Assembly: GCF_009914755.1 (NCBI RefSeq)
Contig: NC_060942.1
From: the human T2T-CHM13v2.0 reference genome, Homo sapiens
Strand: one strand, 5' to 3'
DNA: 64,000 bases
A program made the position numbers and the translations under genes. The notes under the pieces are model-generated. The model saw nothing but the letters and a program-made list of their open reading frames with translations, ran no database searches and had not been told where the DNA came from. Below, one piece after another: positions 1 through 14,304 of this stretch; the first letter of the stretch is position 1; every line of letters begins with the position of its first letter.

Positions 1-2257
1 GTGAGTATTGCAATAAAGCAAGTCACACAGATTTTTTGGTTTCCCAGTGCATATAAAAGTTATGTTTAAACTATACTGTAGTCTATTAAGTGTGTAATAA
101 CAATGTACATATCTTCATTTAAAAATACTTTACGGCTAAATGTGCTATTGATAATCTTAGCCTTCAGAATCATAGTTTTTTTTGCTTGTGGCGGGTCTTG
201 CCTCAATGTTGATGGCTGCTGCCTCATCAGGGTGGTGGTTGCTGAAGATTGGGATGGCTGTGACAAAATTTCTTAAAATGAGACAAAAATGAAGTATGCC
301 ACATTGATTGACTCTTCCTTTTATGAGAGATTTCTCCGTAGGATGTGATGCTGTTTGATAGCATTTTATCCACAGTAGAAATTCTTTCAAAATTGAAGTC
401 TATCCTACTGTTTTATCAAGTAAATTTATGTAATCTCCTAAATCCTCTGTTGCCACTTCAACAATGTTCACAGCATCTTCCCCAGCAGATTCAATCTCAA
501 GGAACCACTTTCTTTGCTCATCCATAAGAAACAACTCCTCGTCCATTAAAGTTTTATCATGAGATTGCAGCAATTCAGTAACATCTTCACACTCCACTTC
601 TAATTCTAGTTATCTTGCAATTTCTACAACATCTACAGTTACTTCCTCCACTGAAATCTTGAACCCTTCCAAGTCTTCCATAAGAGTTAGAATCAACTTG
701 TAAATGTTGATATTTTGACCTCCTCCCATGAATCACAAATGTTCTTAAATGGCATCTAGAATGGTGACTCCTTTGCAACAGGTCTTCAACTGACTTTGCC
801 CAGATCCATTAGAGGACTCACTGTCTATGGCAGCTATAGCCTTATGAAATATATTTCTTAAATAATAAGACTTGAAAGTCGAAATTACTCCTTGATCCAT
901 GAGCTGCAGAATGGATGTTGCATTTGTATGCATGAAAATACATTAATCTTGTACATCTTTATCAGAGCTCTTGGGTGACTAGATACATTGTCAATAAGCA
1001 GTAATATTTTGAAAGGAATCTTTCTTTCTGAACAGTAGTTCTCAACAGTGGGCTTAAAATATTTAGTAAACCATGGTGTGAACATGTGTGCTGTGATCCA
1101 GGCTTTGTTGTTTCATTTATAGAGCACAGGAAAAGTAGATTTAGCGTAATTGTCAAGAGCCCTAGGATTTTCAGAATAGTAAATGAGCATCAGCGTCAAC
1201 TTAAAGTCACAAGTTGCTTTAGCCCCTAACAAGAGAGTCAGCCTGTCCTTTGAAGCTCTGAATCCAGGCATTGACTTGTCCTCTCTAGCTATGAAAGTCC
1301 TAGAGAGCATCTTCTTCCTACGTAAGGCTGTCTTGTCTACATTACATTGAAAATCTGTTGTTTCACGTAGCCACCTTCATCAGTCATCTTAGCTAGATCT
1401 TCTGGGTAACTTACGCAGCTTCTACATCAGCACTTGCTGTTTCACTCTGCACTTTTATGTTATAGAGATGACTTCTTTTCTTAAACCTCATACATCCAAA
1501 CTCTGCTAGCTTCAAACTTTTTTTGGGCACCTTCCTCACCTCTCTCAGCCTTCATAGAATTAAAGGTTAGGGCCTTGATCTGTATTAGGCTTTGGCTTAA
1601 GAGAATGTTGTGGCTGGTTTGAACTTCTATCCAGATCACTAAAACTCTTCATATCATCAATAAGGCTGTTTCACTTTCTTATCGTTCATGTGTTCACTAG
1701 AGTAGCACTTTAAATTTCCTTCAAGAACTTTTCTTTTGCATTCCTAATTCGGCTAACCATTGGTGCAAGAGGCTGAGCTTTCAGCCTATCTTGGCTATTG
1801 ACATGGCTTCCTCACTAAACTTTGGCTTTAAATGGGAGACCTGCAACTCTTCTTTTCACTTGCACACTTGAAGGCCATGGTAGGGTTATTAATTGGCCTA
1901 TTTTCAATATTGTTGTGTCTCAAAGAATAGAGAAGCTAGAACAGTCAAGACACACAACATTTATCACTTAAGGTCACTGTCTTCTATAGATGTGATTCAT
2001 TGAACCCAAAACAATTGTAATAGTAACACCAAATGTGACTGATCACAGATCACCATAACAGATACAGTAATGAAAAAGTTTGAAATATGGTGAGAATTAT
2101 CAAAATATGACACAGAGACACAAAGTGAGCACGTACTGTTGGAAAAATCGTGCCTATAGACTTGCTCGACACAGGGTTGCCACAAGCTTCAATTTGTACA
2201 AAACACAGTAACTACGAGATACAATAAAGCAAAGCACAAGAAAACGAGGCACACCTG
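1..2257 (-). mobile_element. Tigger1 (TcMar-Tigger/pogo) DNA transposon, near full length, with a disrupted transposase; the 3' end lies just outside the window
   Basis: The minus strand starts CAGGTGTGCCTCGTTTTCTTGTGCTTTGCTTTATTG, like the Tigger1 5' terminus. Frameshifted ORF pieces carry pogo DDE motifs: [41 protein letters not shown] and [14 protein letters not shown]. Confidence 0.95.
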
Positions 2258-2689
2258 CACTTATATCAAGCCACTTTCCTTGAAAATGAAGGCTATAGGA
2301 TTTAAGAAAGCAATCCTAAGGAAATGTTATTCTCTATGGCACTTAATGATTTTAGAAGTATATTAAACAATTTCTTAAAGGGTCTTTTCCAACTTTGTGT
2401 TTGGTAAACTTTTGTGTGATGGAAAAACGTGTCCAAAGCGAAGATTCAATGGACTCACACATTTCAATCATTTACCTTACATTGGATGGCCAACAGGCTC
2501 TCTGTAAGTGGTGTGTTATTTTTGTCAATGGGGTTTCCATTCAGATGGTTTCCCGGGAGCAATGACACAGGAGTGGGGAGGGTAAAGGCAGGGCTAAGGG
2601 TTCAGGAAAAGGAAAAATCACACAGTACAGCTAGCCTGGGAACTAGTCCATCTGTGGTCAAAGAACAGCCAGGGGCTCCTACCAGGTGA

Positions 2690-3056
2690 CTAATCTATGG
2701 TCAGCCCATGTCTTCAAGTTTAGGGTCAGGCTATTGTTTCAAGCAGCATTGTTGAATAAGGCAGCCAGGATCCACCTGGGACAGGTGAGCTGCTCTAACC
2801 CTCAGAAAGGCTGACTTGGATTTTGCCACATGGCAGCAGCCATTTTCCAAGAGAACAATCCCCAATGCAAAGCATTTTTAATTTGTTTTTATTTTTGTTT
2901 AGTGCTGTTGTTGTTGCTTTGTTTTATTTATTTTTTAAATTGGCAAGTAAAACTTGTATGTATTTATTGTGTATAATATGTTTTGAAATACTATAGATAT
3001 ACATTGTGGAATGGCTAAATTGAGCTAATTACCGTATGCATTACCTCACATACTTA

Positions 3057-3093
<37 letters not shown>

Positions 3094-3380
3094 AGTGAGG
3101 GCACTTAAATCTACTCTCTCATCAATTTTCAAGAACACAATACTTTACTATCAACTACCATCACCATGTTGTACTATAGTTCTCTTGAACTTACTCCTCT
3201 TATCTGGCTGAAATTTTGTATCCCCTTCAAGCCTCTGCTTCTGTAACATTTACCAATGTCTCATTGGACAAAGCAAACCACATGGCCAAGCCCAGAGTCA
3301 ATGCAGGGGGCGGCCACACAAAGACATGGATACCAGGAGGCATAAAACTGTCAGATTTTACCATCATAATTTACCACAGT
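2690..3380. mobile_element. Old MaLR LTR (MLT1-type) interrupted by an L1 fragment
   Basis: MLT1-like text (cacatggcagc...tccaagagaac; cattggacaaagcaaaccacatggccaagcccagagtcaa) lies on both sides of the L1 piece. Confidence 0.6.
2876..3225 (-). mobile_element. L1MA-type 3' end fragment with an internal T33 run (3059-3091)
   Basis: L1MA 3'UTR text (atacattgtggaatggctaaattgagctaatt...cattacctcacatacttatc...ctcttgaacttactcctc) is preceded by a T-rich tail. Confidence 0.8.
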
Positions 3381-3582
3381 TAGCCATGTCAGGTAATGTA
3401 CTGACTAGAGAGCAGGATATAAGCAGGGGAATAGTAGGAAATACTACATGAAAAGTAAATCACCATTATATTTTGGGAGGCTTGAAACTCCATGGTGAGA
3501 AATATACATTTAATTTGTCAGGTTCATAAGGAACCACTGAATGTTTGCAGTAGAAAAGTTCAATATGTGTAGGCCAGGTTAG

Positions 3583-3918
<336 letters not shown>

Positions 3919-6349
3919 TAAACACACCTAAAAGAGCATAGTCTAAAGTGTCCAGCTTCAGTTCTTTTCAAGAAAAGTGAGGACATAAACATACTTGGGA
4001 GGAAATCTAAGTACAGGACACTTCTAGATTTTCATTGATTTTTCGAATCCATTGTTTTCTTACCATTTCCTATTTGGGGAGCAAAATCTTTTTTAGCAAT
4101 TTATCCTTGGGTCCTTTTCAAAGCATTCAACTTATTTTTCATAAAAACAATTATTCTTTTTTGTCCTACTTCATCAGTTCACCAGATATTCAAGTAAATT
4201 ATAAAACTAAAATGTAGAGTAGAACTGGTACACATCAGTTTGGGGAAAGCATGTAATTGATGGTTAATAAACACACAACCCAGTCATGTGAGAAGAGGAT
4301 CTGGGGTTCCAGAGAGTTAGCGTACTAGCTGTGGGATCCAGAGGCAGTGAGCATCACTCACAGATGTTATCAATGGCATCCATGCCATGGACACTAGAGA
4401 TTAATTTCAGAGAGCCAGTTAAATGGGAATCAGATGAAGAGTTTCTTTTGTAGATTTTGTGCTAGCTTGAAGGATAGCAGGATGGTAACAAATTGGTAGT
4501 GCTGTGAAACATGTTTACTGGCTATTTGAAAGATCATTAATTAGCAATATTAAACCATATGGGGTTTTGTTTAGGTTTTTGGTTGTTGTTGTTTTACATG
4601 TACAAGTCATTTATTTAGTAAACTTAAATTCCAGTGTGTACTCTAGGTAAACTTTCTTCTTTTATTTCAAATTTCCTGTAGCCTTCTTTTCCATCATTAC
4701 CACATGTGTTACAATGTTTATTTATTGTCTGTTTTCTATTAGAATCTAGGAGCAGTTGTGGGGTCAGAGACTATGCCTATTTGGATCACTATTGAATTTC
4801 TAAGGCCCACATCAGAGAGTCAATAAATATTTGTTTAATGAACAATTATATACAGTATTTTGTCCTTTCTAGGGCCAAGTTTCCAGTTCTCGGCAACTAT
4901 AATAGTTCTAAACCATCTGTTTACTAACAGTGTGCTTTCTGCAAAACAAACAGATAAAACCCCATTATATAACATTTACAGATATTTATGTCTTATCACA
5001 AGGTGATTTTCAATATAATTGGAAGGGTATGCTGAGACAATCCTCCTCAATAATCTGTGTTGTAATCAATATGCCTCCTTTCCTACTATGGAGCCCCCTA
5101 CCACTAAGAACAACAGACATTTAAATGTTGCTTTAAAATATGACTTTGAAAATGCTAATTTTATAATAAGCCTGAGGTTAATTTCCAGGCAGTAGCTGGA
5201 TCATTAATGACAGTTTTAATTAAAAAGTAAAAGCTTAACATGTGTAGTGATCAGTAATATATCATTATTTTACTATAGACAGTAAGAATTCATAAGAAAT
5301 GCCTATAGACAGAACTTGTTCTGGAACTTTATTTGTTAATATCAACTATTTACCCTTTTATTTTATGCTTTTAATAAATATAAATGAACAATAAAATGTA
5401 TCATGGCATTCTCAAAGACCTCTCAATCATGTACCAAAATATTTATTATATAAGATAACATAACATTTTATCATACAAATCTCTCATGTGTCTTTATAGT
5501 GGTTTTATTATCTAATTGTGCTCCACATAACAATCCCCTCTTCAGGCTGGAGTTCTTCAATCCTAATTCACATCACTGGGAACCTTTTCTTACCACCTCT
5601 CTTCCTCGTCCACAAATTCTTATATTTTTACTCCTTGCTGTCACATAACAGTTGCATCCCAAAGCCTCCTTTTATGTCAGAGTCATCCATTTATTCTTCC
5701 TTCATTCCTTATCTACATTTCTTCAAAAAAACACACTTTAAAGGAATAGCAAGGAAAGTAAAGTATATGTTCATTTTAGAGAGATTACTTTGAATTTTCT
5801 GAAAAATCCCAGCCTGGTAGAACACAAGGTTTGTGTCCCATGTGTGGTTGCTGGCATTTTTTGGTTTTGGGGTCTGCATCGAGACTTTGATTTAAGAACA
5901 TAAAATGCATAAGAAAAAAAAAATTTTATCCTTTCTTTCCCCAAGTCGTTAATATGATGCCAAATGACCAGGTCATGCAATGAGATTTTTTTTGAATCGT
6001 GACAAACATCTAAATCCTTCATCCTTTGTCAGGTAATCAATGTGTTAAAACATTTAAAAATCAAATAGGAGCATAAGAATAAAAAACAGAGAAATCCTCA
6101 AGTGTGATATTTAACATCATATTGTTCGTATGATACAAGGATAACCATTCAAACAATGTGAATAACAAATATGTTATTTTTAAAACAAGAGCCCACTAAC
6201 TGGAGCTTTTTTTTTTTTAGTTGAAATAATGACTGTAGCGAATCTGGTTTTGTTTATGATAAAATTGTTAAGTATCAGATAAGGTGAATGTGGTTTTTCA
6301 GGATCCCTGTTAGAAATTTAGACAGTGCGGACAGTAAATATGACAACAT

Positions 6350-6366
6350 GTTGCCACCTAGTGGAC
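6350..6366 (-). promoter_or_regulatory. Candidate CTCF binding site
   Basis: The minus strand reads GTCCACTAGGTGGCAAC, matching the CTCF core CCASYAGRKGGCR, in non-repetitive sequence. Confidence 0.65.
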
Positions 6367-6554
6367 ATTTCATAAAACGTCTAGACATCCAGGTTCCTGA
6401 AACAGTGTACGTATTTAGGATCCTGGAGTAGGGCTGAGGGGATCTTCTTAGATATTGTCTGTAGGGCTGTCTTGTTTCACACGATTAGTCTTGGCTCTAG
6501 ATGTATCAAAATTTTAACTGTAAACTCAAGGACTGAAATCAGAATGTAAAATGC

Positions 6555-6775
6555 CTAACGTTTATTGAGCATCTATTTTGTACTAAGCTGTGTGCTAAAA
6601 GCTTTAGCTGGATTATCTCATATGAGCCTCACAGCAACCCTGTTACTACATAACCACCCGCCCTTCCTGCAGATTAAGAAACCAAGGCAGGGGCCGATTA
6701 AGTGACTCACCCAAAGTCACTGGGCCCCAAGCTGTGGAACTGAGGCATGAATGGACTACCTGCCTTCGGAGCCCA
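6555..6775. mobile_element. MIR SINE
   Basis: MIR core text: tttattgagcatctattttgtac...ctcacagcaaccctg...gaaaccaaggc...taagtgactcacccaaagtcac. Confidence 0.8.
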
Positions 6776-7924
6776 GGTCCTCGTCGGAGCAGAAACCTTC
6801 CTCAGTTTATCACAGGCAAAACATTGGGACTGGACTTCACTGTATTAAATATGGCACGTTGGGGGTGGGGGGTGATATTAAGTTCTTTACTGAATGCGTA
6901 TGATCCTCGGAAGTGGCTCTAGGCTTCCAAGAAAGAAAACAAGAGGGCCAGTGTGTCCTCTCTGCTAGACTGAAGACAGCAGACACTCTTGTGGGGGGGA
7001 TCTGGGCAGCTCACTCCTTTACTCCTGCCTGACAAAGCATTGCCCATTTCCAGACTCGAACTTCAGTGGTCACTGTTTAAAGGATAAAACACTGTGATCT
7101 GGGAGGGCAACCCAGAAGCTGTGAATATTTGATCTAATTAACCTATTTCTGCCTGTCATTTCTGAGAAGGACCAGCACCTCTTGATGCAGTAATAGAAAG
7201 AGTTGTACTAAGAACTAGTAAATAAAGGAATTGTCCACAAAATTGGAGCTGGAATTTGCACATGGAATGAAGAAAAGAGAGATTGTACTTTCCTCCAGTG
7301 CTCCGCCACCCATATGCCCAAGCTTGAATTCGTAGTTATATTACAATGAATATTTCAGTCATTTAAAAGCTCCTTACCCTCTCCATAAGCCAACCATTCT
7401 GCCCATACAGGCTCCTAAAGATGCCAAAAGGGCATTTTTAAAAGTCTCTGGGCCCTCTGATGCTAGCACGATTCCAGGATCATGGTATTTATTCAATAAA
7501 TGATTGTTGGATGACTAAAATGCAACTCGGGATATCTAAAGTTAAATCCCTAAATATACAATTTAATGGTATGCTGGGCTTCACAAGTCCATTTTTGCTT
7601 AGCATTTGAAATGATGTAGGTGATGCTTTCCAAGATTTTGTGATATTGACTGGTAATTTATATCACCAAACAAAATTCGCAATTTGGAAATAAATAACTG
7701 GGTCTATCCTGATGAGGAATAATTACACTATATATACAAAATTTTAGGTTAATAAAATGGAAATGTAATTTAAAGGAGAAATGAAAACAAACAGACGTTA
7801 GGAGTCACCAACCTTCTTGGAAATCAGAAATCTGTGAATCTCCGGATATGCTTATATTCTTTGAAAAGAAGAGTCTAGTTTTTCCACTGAATCCACAAAG
7901 CTAGATTCTAGTATTCCTTAATAC

Positions 7925-8885
7925 AGGAAATCTCTGTTTGAATATCTAGCAGATTGCTCAACCTTAACATGTTTGAATTGGAACTCCTATTCTTTCTGCC
8001 ATGTTCTCTTCCTCCCAGTTTTCCCACCTCAGGGAAGGACAACTCCCTGCTTCTAGTTCTCAGGCCCAAAGCCTTGAAGTCATTTTGACTTCTCTCATGC
8101 ACCACATCCCACCCATCAGCAAATTATTTTGGCTCTTCCTTTAATGTATACCAAGAACCCACCCTTTCTCACAGCACTGTGGTTGGGCCATCCCGTGTCA
8201 CCTGGATTCCTGCAGTGGCCTCCACACCATCCCACCCCCAGCAGCCCATCCTAGGAAGAGGCATGACCTTGTAGTTTTGACGTAGATACTTTTAAGAATG
8301 TGACTCAGCTATCAGAGTGTGACGGCTTTCATGCTCAAAGCCCTCCAAGGGCTCCCATTTTTTCTCCAAGGACGAAGTACCCATAATGGCCTTCATGGCT
8401 TTAGACAGTTTTGACCCCGCTACCTCTCTGACTTTTCTTATTACTCTTCCACGCCTGTCCCCACCTTGTTCTTGGTCCACACTGGCCTGTGCATTTCTTT
8501 AGACAGGAGGCAAGATCCCATGTCAAAGCCTTTACTCAAGCAGCTTCCCTTTCTGCCTCTCTTCCTCGCACCTCCACAGAAATTTCTCACCTCTAAGCCT
8601 TTCTTTAAATGTCATCTTTAAATTGTAACTGTCCCCCAACCTCCCCTGAGGCACTCCCCATGCCCCTTACTCTAGTTATTTTTCACTTTCCAATAGCATG
8701 TGTGATCTTTCAGCATATTATATGATTTACTTAGAATGCTTATTGACCATTATCTCTCTCCTTCTACTGTAAGCTTTCAGAATAGAGGAAGTTTTTTTGT
8801 GTTTTGTTCACTGATATAGTTCTAATACCCAAAAGAGTGTCAGACACACAGTAGTCACTAAATAAATATTTTTGCATGAATGAAT
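7925..8885 (+). mobile_element. L2 LINE 3' fragment
   Basis: L2 text (ctcaaccttaacatgt...tctagttctcaggcccaaagccttgaagtcattttgacttctctc) ends in aataaatatttttgcatgaatgaat. Confidence 0.85.
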
Positions 8886-9096
8886 AGATCAGTCCAGCCA
8901 TTCAAGACATTTTAATAGATACAAATGGCATCATATCTCAAATAGGAATTACACTACTTTTAATTGTGCTGATTTTCTTATTTCCCCCAAGTTACCTAAA
9001 AATATAGTGTAACTGGCATGCCCACTTTAATAAAACATGCCATGTGCGCTTCATTTTACTTCTGACTAATCATTTGAGTCTTAAAAAGAATTTCCT

Positions 9097-9452
<356 letters not shown>

Positions 9453-12015
9453 TCACCCTTTTGTGGTATGTTTGTCCTTCACAAGCATCCAACAGAGACA
9501 TCCTCTCCTCTCCTGTCTCCTCAGATTTCTCTTTAAATAACTTCATTTCCTTTGAAACCTGCCCTGATCCCACAGTTTAAATTCATTTCAATTCAATAAA
9601 GAGAGTTAAGAAAGGCCTGTGTCATAAAGAGTATGATTTACTCTTATGTTGAGCCACAAAACTGATACAAACTTGTAAACTAAAGGCCTGGCTCTTAAGA
9701 ATTTATGATACAGTTGGACCAGCATGCATGAGCCCACAGTAAACAGGACAAGATAGAGTGGATTTGGAGCTAAATCCAATGGTGTAGACACGGAGCGCTA
9801 GGGAGGAAAAGTACAGCGATTAAGGAGACACAGTTCCTGCCCTGAAAATTAGCCACTGCCCCAGTGGATTTTGGAATTGCAGGGCTAGTAAATCACGTTT
9901 AAGTCTAAGCTAAAAACACCATTCCTCCATGAGGCCTTGAGTTGTTTCTCCAGCCTCAGATACAACTGTGCCCTGAATTCTTAGAACACTCAGAATCTGT
10001 ACCACATAATTGAACACGTAATTGTATTTTTTCTAGTAATGCTTGCTGGTTTTTTTTTTTTTTTTTTTTCAGGATGGCTAGTCTTCTACTTCAACCAGAT
10101 TGCAAACCCACTAAGGCCTGGGAACATATATGTCTGCATAGAATTGAATGAGACCTTTGAGATCATTCTGTATAATCGTTTTATTTCTACAGCTGGGGAA
10201 ATTGAAGACCAACAAGTTGTGAGTTGTCCAAGCTCATACTACTAATTAGTATTCAGAAAACTCCTTAAAATTCTGCTTGTTTTTGTCTTCCCTTGATTGG
10301 TGAAGAAAAGAGGGAGTGACACTTTTCTCAGGGACTTTGTTACACTGTAGTTTGTCTAGGATTTCCTCACCTTGAGGAGTAGGAGTAGTAAGAGGCATGA
10401 TCTTGTAGTTTTGGTATAGATATTTTTGAGAATGTGAGTCACTTATCACTCTGTGCTGGCCAGGAAGACTTCAATGTGGAAATTCTGGGACTCTGAACAT
10501 TGATTTAAATTCTCTCCACCAATACAGGATAAGGCATTAGAATCAAGAGTTTTTCTCCAAGTGGGAACTCCAAGTGGAGTTTTTCTCCAAGGCCGATGAG
10601 ATAAGCCCTGGTCATAAGTGAGAAAAAGCAGTTCAGATCTGAGCTGGGTTGGCCAGACCAGAGAGAGAAATGGGAGCATTATAAGAGGCTGAGCCTGGCT
10701 CTGGAGGTGAGAGTGTTGGGCTTTCTCTTTAGACACCCAAATGAGAGATGCCTTCTTTCCAGCTGGGAGCCTTGAATGGCCTAAGGTGGCTTGCCATCAC
10801 TGGTCACATCCATTCTTGAGCTGCAGATATCTGAGCCTTGAGAGTCATCAGCCCTGATAGCAAAAGTAGGAAAAAGTCCAGCTAGATCATTGCACATTTG
10901 CCATCTTCTCCACTAGTGCCAGAAAATTGCTCATTTTAATCTTTTTTACTCAAGAAAAAAATATCAATATATTTTGATAAAGGTAGTTGGGTTAAACAGG
11001 ATTTCAATAGTCCTTCTTTAACCTCCAATCTGTTTAGAAACCATTCTTGAGCAGCAATACTTCTTTGCCTGAAACTGAACTGCCCATTCCATTGGTTTTC
11101 TCGCCAAAAAGTTGAAGAAGAATCTATAAAAACTGAGAGTTTTTAATTGCTATTATTTTAATAGCTTTAGGGAGGTATCGTTAACATACAGCCAACTGCA
11201 AATATTTAAAGTATACAACTTGATTTGGTAAGTTTGGACATATGAATCCACCTCTGAAACACCAAAGCTTCCTTGTATTAATACCTCTTTGAAATGTCTT
11301 TCTACCATTCCTGCCCCGTGGTCTCTAGGCAACCACAGATTTGCTTTCTCTCACTCTAGATTAGTTCACATGTTCTAGAATTTTACATCAGTGGAATCCT
11401 ACAATATAAATCTTTTTTGCTTGGCTTCTTTCACTCAGCATAATCATTTTAAAATTTATTTGTGTTCATCAGGTAATTCATTTTTTTGTTGCTACAAAAT
11501 AGTATGTCATTGAATGGATATACCAGAATTGGTTTATCCATTCACCTGTGTTTTAACCAAATTTTAGATCAATTTGTCTATCTTTATGTCAATACTACCC
11601 TTTTTGATTACTTATGTTTTACAATAAATCTTGAAAGCAGGTAGCATTAGTCCTCCAAATTTGCTCTTCTTTTCCAAAATTATTTTGGGTATTCTACGTC
11701 CTTTGTATTTCCATACAGATTTCAAAATCAACTTATCAATTTCTACTAAAAAAAAACTATTGAGATTTTGATTGAGATTGAATTAAATCTATAGATGCAA
11801 CTGGAAGAGACTGATGCCTTAACGTTATCAAGTCTTCCAAGCGAGGAACACAATGTATCTTTTCACTTATTTGCCTTATTTAATTTCTCATAGTAATGTT
11901 ATGATAATGTTATTTGAATTTCAATTTCTGATTGTTCATTGCTAGTATATCCAAATATAATTAACTTTTACGTTGATTTTTGTATCCTGCCACCTTACAA
12001 AGCTCACTAGTTTTA

Positions 12016-12345
<330 letters not shown>

Positions 12346-12764
12346 TTAAGATTTTTCTACAAAGATAACCATATGTCTCCAAACAAGGACAGTGTTGTTT
12401 CTATCTTTCAAGCGGAATGTCTTTTATTTCTTTTTCTTATTGTATTGTGCTGGCTAGAACCTCCAGTACAATATTGAATTAAAGTGCTGAAAATGGACAT
12501 CCTCGTCTCTTTCTTGATCTTAGAAGGAAAGCATCTAGTCTTTCATCATTAAATACAACATGAGCATTTCTGTAGATGCCTTTAACTGGTTTGAGGGAGT
12601 TTGCTCCTAACCCACGTCCTGTGAATTATGAGGGTTTTTTTTCAGTCTAGCTGATGGGAACAGGCTTTATTCCTGACTCTGTGAGAGCTCTGGATACTGA
12701 TTTTTGAAAAACCTACAGTCCTTTATTGAGTTGAGGAAGTTCTCTTCTATTCCTGAATTGTTGA

Positions 12765-13076
<312 letters not shown>

Positions 13077-13490
13077 GAATTGTTGAGAGTTTTTAACATG
13101 AATTAATTTTGTCTGATGCTTTTTCTACATCCCTTGATATTATCATGTGGTTTTCCTTATTTAATGTGATAATATGGTAGATTACATTGATTTTTGATGT
13201 ATTGTTTAAAAATCTGTTCTTTCTATAAAAATCTTTTTGCAACAAGACAAAAAGAATGGGATGGGGTGCCATTGTAGGAAAAGGTTCTGAAGCCTCATTC
13301 AACCTCAGCAGGCAGCAGTTGAGAATTGACAAGAAATGCCTGACCTAGGGGTAGGAGGGGGAGTGGCTGCCCATACACCTGCAGCTGCCATCTCATCCCT
13401 CAGTGGTGATGTATTCAACAAAGTAAGTGATGTTTTCACCCACTGCCTTGCAGACAGCTTGTAGTCACTTCTGCTTATGAAATTTCCACA

Positions 13491-14071
<581 letters not shown>

Positions 14072-14304
14072 AAAGGAAAGAAAGAAAGAAGGAAAGACAT
14101 AAGGAAAGAGCCAGAGAGAGGGAGAGAGAGAGGAAGGAAGGAAGGAAGGAAGGAAGAAAGGAAGGGAGGGAGGGAGGGAGGGAAAGAAAGAAAAGAAGGA
14201 AGGAAGGAAGGAAGGAAGGAAGGAAGGAAGGAAGGAAGGAAGGAAGGAGAGGGAGGGAGGGAGGAAGGAGAAGGAAAGAAAGAAAAAGAAAGAAAAAGAA
14301 AGAA
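14072..14304. repeat. Polypurine (GGAA)n/(GGGA)n/(GAAA)n microsatellite at the AluJ tail
   Basis: (GGAA)6 at 14132-14155, five G3 runs at 14164-14182 and (GGAA)12 at 14198-14245. Confidence 0.97.

Noticed and set aside
66-2185. Minus-strand ORFs as a TIGD-like gene
   Set aside because: They are frameshifted pieces of a Tigger1 transposase inside the element, with no continuous ORF.
3059-3091. T33 run as the tail of a separate retro-insertion
   Set aside because: L1MA text is continuous on both sides, so expansion of an internal T run is the simpler explanation.
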